Assembly (NCBI GenBank): GCA_963662285.2
Contig: CAXXMV010000008.1
Location: 64,001 to 128,000 of the forward strand
Origin: a bacterium
GTDB lineage: Bacteria > Hinthialibacterota > Hinthialibacteria > Hinthialibacterales > Hinthialibacteraceae
Direction of reading: 5' to 3'
Length of the DNA: 64,000 nt
The notes below the pieces were generated by a model. The model ran no database searches. It saw only the letters and a program-made list of their open reading frames with translations, and was not told the origin of the DNA. Shown here piece by piece: positions 58,359 to 64,000 of the stretch (positions within the stretch are counted from its first letter, which is position 1; each line of letters begins with the position of its first letter). The translations under genes and the position numbers were made by a program.

Positions 58359-59225
58359 ATGACAAATACAGCAATCGATCTTCATACCCATACCCGTTGT
58401 TCTGATGGGATTTTATCTCCTACGGAACTGGTTCATGAAGCTGCTAAAAATGGACTCTCCGCCATGGCTATTACTGATCACGACACAATAGCTGGTGTTG
58501 AAGAGGCACAACTTGCAGGAGAAGAACTGTCTATTGAGATAATTGCCGGACTCGAAATAAGCGCCCAATCCGACAAAGGCGTTCTTCATATGCTGGGATA
58601 TTTTGTTGATCTGGAATGTGAAGAATTAAAGAGTGGATTACAGGATTATGTAAATGCCAGAAATATACGCAATCCCAAAATAATCAACCTCTTAAAGCAA
58701 CTTGGCTATCATCTGGATATGGAGGAAATTGCGTCTCTTTCTAACGGAGAAGTCATTAATCGACCTCATATAGCCCAGGCCATGGTGAACCGGGGATATG
58801 TGCATTCCACCCAGGAAGCCTTTGACCGTTTCTTGAAGAATGACGGTATGGCCTATGTTCCCAAAGAAATCTATTCAGTATCAAAAGCAGTTGATCTAAT
58901 TCATCGTGCAGGAGGTCTGGCTGTTCTGGCTCATCCGGCATTACTGAATGTGGGCGCCTTGCATCGGATTGGCGATGAAATCCGTCGTTTGCATCATCTA
59001 TCCAGTTTTGATGGAATTGAAGCCTATCATGGCGATTGCATCCGGGAGCACAGCCAGTATTATGCTGATATCGCTGATGAATTGGGATTATTCATAACTG
59101 GCGGCTCTGATTTTCACGGAGACTCTAAACACCAAAAACTAGGTCAAACCAGATGCCTGGATGCAATCCCTTACCAATTCCTGCAAGATATGAAACAACA
59201 AGCATCTATCATAAGCCCAATGTAA
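58359..59225 (+). CDS. PHP domain metal-dependent phosphoesterase
   Basis: DLHTHT..SDG, ITDHD, G.EIS, RPHIA, AHP and GGSDFHG motifs. Confidence 0.92.
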   Translation: MTNTAIDLHTHTRCSDGILSPTELVHEAAKNGLSAMAITDHDTIAGVEEAQLAGEELSIEIIAGLEISAQSDKGVLHMLGYFVDLECEELKSGLQDYVNARNIRNPKIINLLKQLGYHLDMEEIASLSNGEVINRPHIAQAMVNRGYVHSTQEAFDRFLKNDGMAYVPKEIYSVSKAVDLIHRAGGLAVLAHPALLNVGALHRIGDEIRRLHHLSSFDGIEAYHGDCIREHSQYYADIADELGLFITGGSDFHGDSKHQKLGQTRCLDAIPYQFLQDMKQQASIISPM

Positions 59226-59284
59226 TAAGCCTGTTGTTTCAATGATTGATCCATCTTAATTGATCTATCTTAAACGCATATATC

Positions 59285-61132
59285 CTACCATTTCTCAAGA
59301 ACAGTGCAATTTCTTTTGAAATTATCCGGTTTTTGATCATTTTCATAAGGCGTAAGCAGAACAGTCAGGGTCAAAGATTTAACTTTGTCCGGCGTTCGAA
59401 TTATCAGTTTTTTCATTCCCTCATTTTGCTTCTGCGGTTTTGGAGGTTGAGCGGATTCAATATCGAACCGTACGTTTTCTGGAGATATAATCTGCGCTTG
59501 CAGATGCTTCTCTCCGATAGAAAGAGTAGCCGTATTGCCTGATAGTTTGATATCCGCTCCAGTCATCATACCCCACTTGACCTCAACGGATTTATCAGAC
59601 TCAATCTCATCCTGCACTAGAATGGATTCATCAGCATTCCGCATTATGCCGCGATGGGCGCGTTTAACTCCATAGGCCTCACTTAGATCAGCTATTGCAA
59701 ATGCTCCATTGTTGGTGGTTTTCATGGAGATAATGGGCGCCGCTGCTTTGGGATTCTGATTCGCGCCATCTATAACCAGCGTGTTATGACTTTCATTAAT
59801 CAACCTGTAATAGGTCCATCTATTGTCGCCGAAGTATCCGGGCATATTGTAATTATCCGAACCGAGATCGGTGGCCCAACGCTCGCCCAAGGCATCGAAA
59901 ACAAAACTGCCTAAGTCAAGATGGCTGTGGTTGGCTTTATTATCGCCCCCTTTGAATCCTACAAAGATGGCGTTGGGATCAGTCCATGATGATCTCAAAA
60001 AGACCACATCGATGCCTTTATAATGAATATCAAGCGGTAATCCCGCAGTGACCGGGTCGCCCCCTTCAGCTGAATACCAGATTAAATCAAGAGGATGAGC
60101 GCTGCTGGCGTCCTGTCTTTGGAACCAGGCGTATTCAGGCCGGGTGTATCTTTGCGCCATCCAATACATTTCATGCGTACCGCGCACCCGGCTGCCTGCA
60201 TCGGCGTAATTGAACGAGGCGCCCGTTGGTCCTTCGAAATGCATACGGAATTGACCTGCGTTATCCAGACCGGGGTAATCCGATAATCCGAAGTCATTGT
60301 TCAAGGCGGTTTGTAGAGCGGCCAAAAAGTAAACCGTATACCGGCTGGCGTAATGCCAATAACCCGGACCTTCATTCCACCCGCCATCGGGAGCGTAATG
60401 CTGCAAAGCCAGGGGCATGTGGTTGATGCATATAGATAGTACCTTTTCAGCCAATTCAGGCGCCTCGTCCGCTATCGCTAAAGCGCCGGTTCCGATTCCG
60501 CCATTGCAGACCTGGTTCCAGTTATGTTGACAGCGAACATACCAACTCTTGTGCGTATCCTTATCTGCCAGTCGATCCAGATAAACCTGCAAGCCTTTAT
60601 CAATTATTGCGCTCCGGATAAAGGTTTTCTCTTCCTGGTTTAATCCAGCATAAAGCCAGTCATAACCGATGGCGAAAGCATGGGTCATTTCGGCGGTATC
60701 GAGAAAATGGGATGGATTCCAGTCAGGGAAATTAGCGGCGGCGCGTAACTCTATGACGGCGCGCTTCAGATATTTCTGATCATTTTCTATCAGATAAACC
60801 AAAGATAATGTATAGACTTTATCCAGACAACGACGGCTTTGAGTCAATAAACGGGGGCCGACGATTTTATACTCAACTGTTTCCTGATTCAGGATTTTAT
60901 CTGCCTCTTTTTTTATATTGTCGTAAATCGCCTTAGCGGTCTTATCGTCTTTTATTAATTGTCTGATGCGTGGTATATCCTTCTCTTGAATAATCAAGCG
61001 TGGATGATCCTGTTTTAAGGTTTTTAATATCTCGCCCTCTGGGGCGATGATTTCCGGTATTGATAAGCCGAATGAATTAATTGTAAAAATGGCGACTATG
61101 AGAATTGACCAGAAACTTTTTATCATGATCAT
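59285..61132 (-). CDS. heparinase II/III-like (DUF4962-type) polysaccharide lyase
   Basis: HPRL, WNPSHFLD, NWNQVCNGG, EGPGYW.Y, HSHLDLGSF and HNT motifs. Confidence 0.85.
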   Translation of the reverse strand: MIMIKSFWSILIVAIFTINSFGLSIPEIIAPEGEILKTLKQDHPRLIIQEKDIPRIRQLIKDDKTAKAIYDNIKKEADKILNQETVEYKIVGPRLLTQSRRCLDKVYTLSLVYLIENDQKYLKRAVIELRAAANFPDWNPSHFLDTAEMTHAFAIGYDWLYAGLNQEEKTFIRSAIIDKGLQVYLDRLADKDTHKSWYVRCQHNWNQVCNGGIGTGALAIADEAPELAEKVLSICINHMPLALQHYAPDGGWNEGPGYWHYASRYTVYFLAALQTALNNDFGLSDYPGLDNAGQFRMHFEGPTGASFNYADAGSRVRGTHEMYWMAQRYTRPEYAWFQRQDASSAHPLDLIWYSAEGGDPVTAGLPLDIHYKGIDVVFLRSSWTDPNAIFVGFKGGDNKANHSHLDLGSFVFDALGERWATDLGSDNYNMPGYFGDNRWTYYRLINESHNTLVIDGANQNPKAAAPIISMKTTNNGAFAIADLSEAYGVKRAHRGIMRNADESILVQDEIESDKSVEVKWGMMTGADIKLSGNTATLSIGEKHLQAQIISPENVRFDIESAQPPKPQKQNEGMKKLIIRTPDKVKSLTLTVLLTPYENDQKPDNFKRNCTVLEKW

Positions 61133-61315
61133 CTATCCTTTGCTTTATCTCGTGAATAATGAAATTGTGATATAGTGTGGTTGTCATAATAAACGAACAT
61201 AATTTTGATCACCACTCTAGTAACAATACAAATAAAATCATGATAAGTTAAGTTGACAGTCGACATTATTCTTCAATAGGCTCTTCCAGAAAATTTTATG
61301 TAAAGGTGTTGAAAT

Positions 61316-62323
61316 ATGCAAACAGAATCCCCCGGACAAAGTAAATCGCAGGAAAAAGTGTGGGTAAAAGATATTGTTTCCGGTCAAACCATTCAGTCGC
61401 TGTTTCAGATTACCCGGATTGGACTTCGTGAGTTTGACCGGGGTAAATTTTTATTATTACGCCTGGGAGACAAAACAGGCAAAGTTTCTGCGGTTATGTG
61501 GGAGCAAGCCGAAGAAGCCAGCAAGGCTATTGATGAAGGCGACCTGGTTATCGTTCAAGGACGGGCGGGCATCTATCAAGATGAAATGCAGATAAAAATT
61601 AAAACTATTGCAAAATTAGAAGACCTGTCCCAGATAGATATTACTGATTATTTACCTTCATCAACCACTCCGGTTGAAGAACTGATTGCAGATTTTGATG
61701 AAATCATCGAGACAATTTCTGATGAAGATTATAAAGAATTGTTGATATCATTTCGTTGTGATGAGAATTTGTGGAATCGTTTTGCGACCGCGCCCGGCGC
61801 TAAACGCTGGCATCATCCCTATATTCATGGTTTATTGGATCATACGCTAAGCGTTGTAAAAATATGCCGCTTGATTGCTCCATTTTATCCGGAAATTAAT
61901 CCTGACCTTCTCCTTACCGGGGCGGTTTTTCATGATTGCGGAAAATTGGATGAATACATATATGATACCAAGATCGATTTCAGCACTGAGGGACGGCTTA
62001 TCGGACATCTGTTTCAAGGCTCATTTATTGTCGAACGGTTAATTACTCAAATCGATGGATTTCCCAAGGAGAAGAGAACTTTACTGTTACACATGATGGC
62101 TTCACATCATGGCGAAATAGAGAGGTCGCCAGTCTTTCCCATGACTATTGAAGCCTGTTTGCTGCATCATATTGAGAATATGGACGCCCAAATGACCGCG
62201 ATAAGAAGAGAAATGAATATCGCGCAAAAGGAAAATAAATCCTGGACCAGGTATATCAATTTGATGGGACGTGCGTTATATCTTGGAGAAAACCAAGCTC
62301 CAAGCCACAATACGGATGAATAA
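61316..62323 (+). CDS. OB-fold + HD domain protein (YhaM-like 3'-5' exoribonuclease)
   Basis: L.DKTG OB fold, APGA..HH...GLL.H, HDCGK, GRLIGH and SHHG motifs. Confidence 0.88.
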   Translation: MQTESPGQSKSQEKVWVKDIVSGQTIQSLFQITRIGLREFDRGKFLLLRLGDKTGKVSAVMWEQAEEASKAIDEGDLVIVQGRAGIYQDEMQIKIKTIAKLEDLSQIDITDYLPSSTTPVEELIADFDEIIETISDEDYKELLISFRCDENLWNRFATAPGAKRWHHPYIHGLLDHTLSVVKICRLIAPFYPEINPDLLLTGAVFHDCGKLDEYIYDTKIDFSTEGRLIGHLFQGSFIVERLITQIDGFPKEKRTLLLHMMASHHGEIERSPVFPMTIEACLLHHIENMDAQMTAIRREMNIAQKENKSWTRYINLMGRALYLGENQAPSHNTDE

Positions 62324-62345
62324 ATACATATACTGAGGAAAAACA

Positions 62346-64000
62346 GTGCAAAACAGCCGTTGGCGTAGTTTACGTTGGATACATCGTCTCTATAGAAAAC
62401 ATATTATCCGGCGATTTATTGGTTTCATCAGCCTGGGCGCCGCTTTAGGCGTTCTGGCATTTCAATTATTGCTGCTCGCCGCAAGCATGTTTAATTTAAA
62501 GCATGGCGGCGTAAATGTTTTATTTACAACTATTTGCGTGGTTATGTTATGGTTTATCATCCAGTATCTGCGTGGATGGGGATCAGAAGGTTTCCTGATA
62601 AAGACATTTTTCAAGAACCTTGAGAAAGAAAATTCCGACATAGCCAACCGGGCGTCGCTGCTGGTTTATACAGAAACGCAACCTGAAGAGATTGAACGTC
62701 TGGGCTACTCAAAAGAATTGATAGATCAAGATGATAAATGGCTCGATCAGTATATTTCATCCAGCATCAAGCATAGCGCCAGCGCCATTCCGATTGCCAG
62801 CCTGATTGTACTTGGTTTAGTATTACTACCATCAATTGCTTTATGGCGTATTAATCCTGGATTGGTCCAAGGGCAATTATCAACAATTTCTGATGAACTA
62901 TGGATCAGTAACACGCCGCAATTAACTGCATCTATATCAACAGCTAACCATGTCTCAGCCGCACGGGGCGCTGCCACGGCGCTTAGAGCGGACTGGATCA
63001 ATCCTGATTTATCATTGGATGCATCGATCCATTTCCGCACCCGCAACACCTGGAACAAACAACCAGTTCACTTTGAAGGAAACCAACTGGTATTCCGCAT
63101 TCCCTCAGTGAACCGCGCAATGGAGTACTACTTCTCAGCGGGAAACATTCTTTCAAATAAAGGCATCCTGACTCCTATCGATCCACCGGCCATTGCCAGC
63201 GGTGAAATAATCATTACGCCTCCTGTATATACCGGCTTGAAAGTAGAGACTTTAGATAGATTAAGGCCGGCATCATTTCCGGAAGGAAGCAAACTGACAA
63301 TTACCGCTGAAGCCACTACCAAACTTGCTTCAGCCACGGTTTTTTACAACGATAAGCCTTATAAAACGTTATTTGACCAATACGCAGTCTTTTCATCCCT
63401 GATTATTGAGGAATCAGGAGACTTGTATTTTCTGTTGGAAGATGAAAATGGTTTGAAGAATAAAAGCCCCAAATATAGAATGACGGCTATTGAGGATGCG
63501 ACGCCTACCCTGGATGTATCCAGTCCAAAAACCATCTCAATTATGCCCAACAATTTTCAGTTAACAGTAAAACTGCACGCTCAAGATGATTATATTCTGC
63601 AACTACTACATAAACACATCAAAATCAATGGAGAAAAAACAGAAAATTCTTCGTATCTGGTGTGGGAGAATAAAGCGATAAAATCAGCCGCCGGAGTAGT
63701 CTATGAAGTTACCTCCGATCTATTTGTGACTTATGATTGGAGTCTGCTGGATTACAAACTCTTCCCCGGGGATGAGATAAGTTTCTCCCTGGAAGTATGG
63801 GATAACGATGTCATACATGGCCCCAAATCCGCCCGTTCGCAAACCTTTACCGTCAAATATCCTACCCTGGTTGACCTGTTATCCCAATTGGATCAACAGG
63901 AAGAATCTCAGATCACTGATTTAAGCGAACTGGTTGAAGAGCAGACTAAGATTACTGAGGAAGCGCGCAAGACGCTCGAGAAAATTGCTGAAAAAATGGA
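62346..64000 (+). CDS. DUF4175-like membrane-anchored protein (runs off window)
   Basis: Not in the ORF track. GTG at 62346 after GAGG, N-terminal TM helices, GYSKELI, LFPGDEISFSLEVWDND...GPKSARS, then coiled coil. Confidence 0.75.
   Translation, partial: MQNSRWRSLRWIHRLYRKHIIRRFIGFISLGAALGVLAFQLLLLAASMFNLKHGGVNVLFTTICVVMLWFIIQYLRGWGSEGFLIKTFFKNLEKENSDIANRASLLVYTETQPEEIERLGYSKELIDQDDKWLDQYISSSIKHSASAIPIASLIVLGLVLLPSIALWRINPGLVQGQLSTISDELWISNTPQLTASISTANHVSAARGAATALRADWINPDLSLDASIHFRTRNTWNKQPVHFEGNQLVFRIPSVNRAMEYYFSAGNILSNKGILTPIDPPAIASGEIIITPPVYTGLKVETLDRLRPASFPEGSKLTITAEATTKLASATVFYNDKPYKTLFDQYAVFSSLIIEESGDLYFLLEDENGLKNKSPKYRMTAIEDATPTLDVSSPKTISIMPNNFQLTVKLHAQDDYILQLLHKHIKINGEKTENSSYLVWENKAIKSAAGVVYEVTSDLFVTYDWSLLDYKLFPGDEISFSLEVWDNDVIHGPKSARSQTFTVKYPTLVDLLSQLDQQEESQITDLSELVEEQTKITEEARKTLEKIAEKM

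Noticed and set aside
1-64000. tRNA, rRNA, prophage, IS transposase or RAYT genes
   Set aside because: No cloverleaf, rRNA-like tract, phage or transposase motifs recognised by eye. A covariance-model scan was not possible.

Overview
Bacterial chromosomal window with no rRNA, tRNA or CRISPR array detected, rich in Tat-exported sulfatases, glycoside hydrolases and Gfo/Idh/MocA oxidoreductases (likely a degrader of sulfated glycans). It starts inside ftsH (minus strand, truncated) and ends inside a DUF4175-like gene. The standout is a compact sulfur-redox locus at 14001-20409. It encodes two small proteins, an ArsR regulator, a Tat 4x[4Fe-4S] HybA-like subunit and a type VI (SqrF-like) sulfide:quinone oxidoreductase that appears to lack the FAD-linking Cys. 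It also encodes a single 1056-aa protein fusing an NrfD/HybB quinol module, a tetraheme cytochrome c3 and an octaheme tetrathionate-reductase (OTR) domain, with 13 CxxCH motifs. No hydrogenase or molybdoenzyme catalytic subunit is present. Other notable items: three families of REP-like palindromes, a hicAB module bracketed by a duplicated 82-bp REP doublet, a PARIS-like ATPase+TOPRIM pair, an apparently inactive GH2, head-to-head overlapping GT-C genes, a very AT-rich membrane/TPR gene and a pseudogene. All family calls come from motif recognition by eye; no searches were run.
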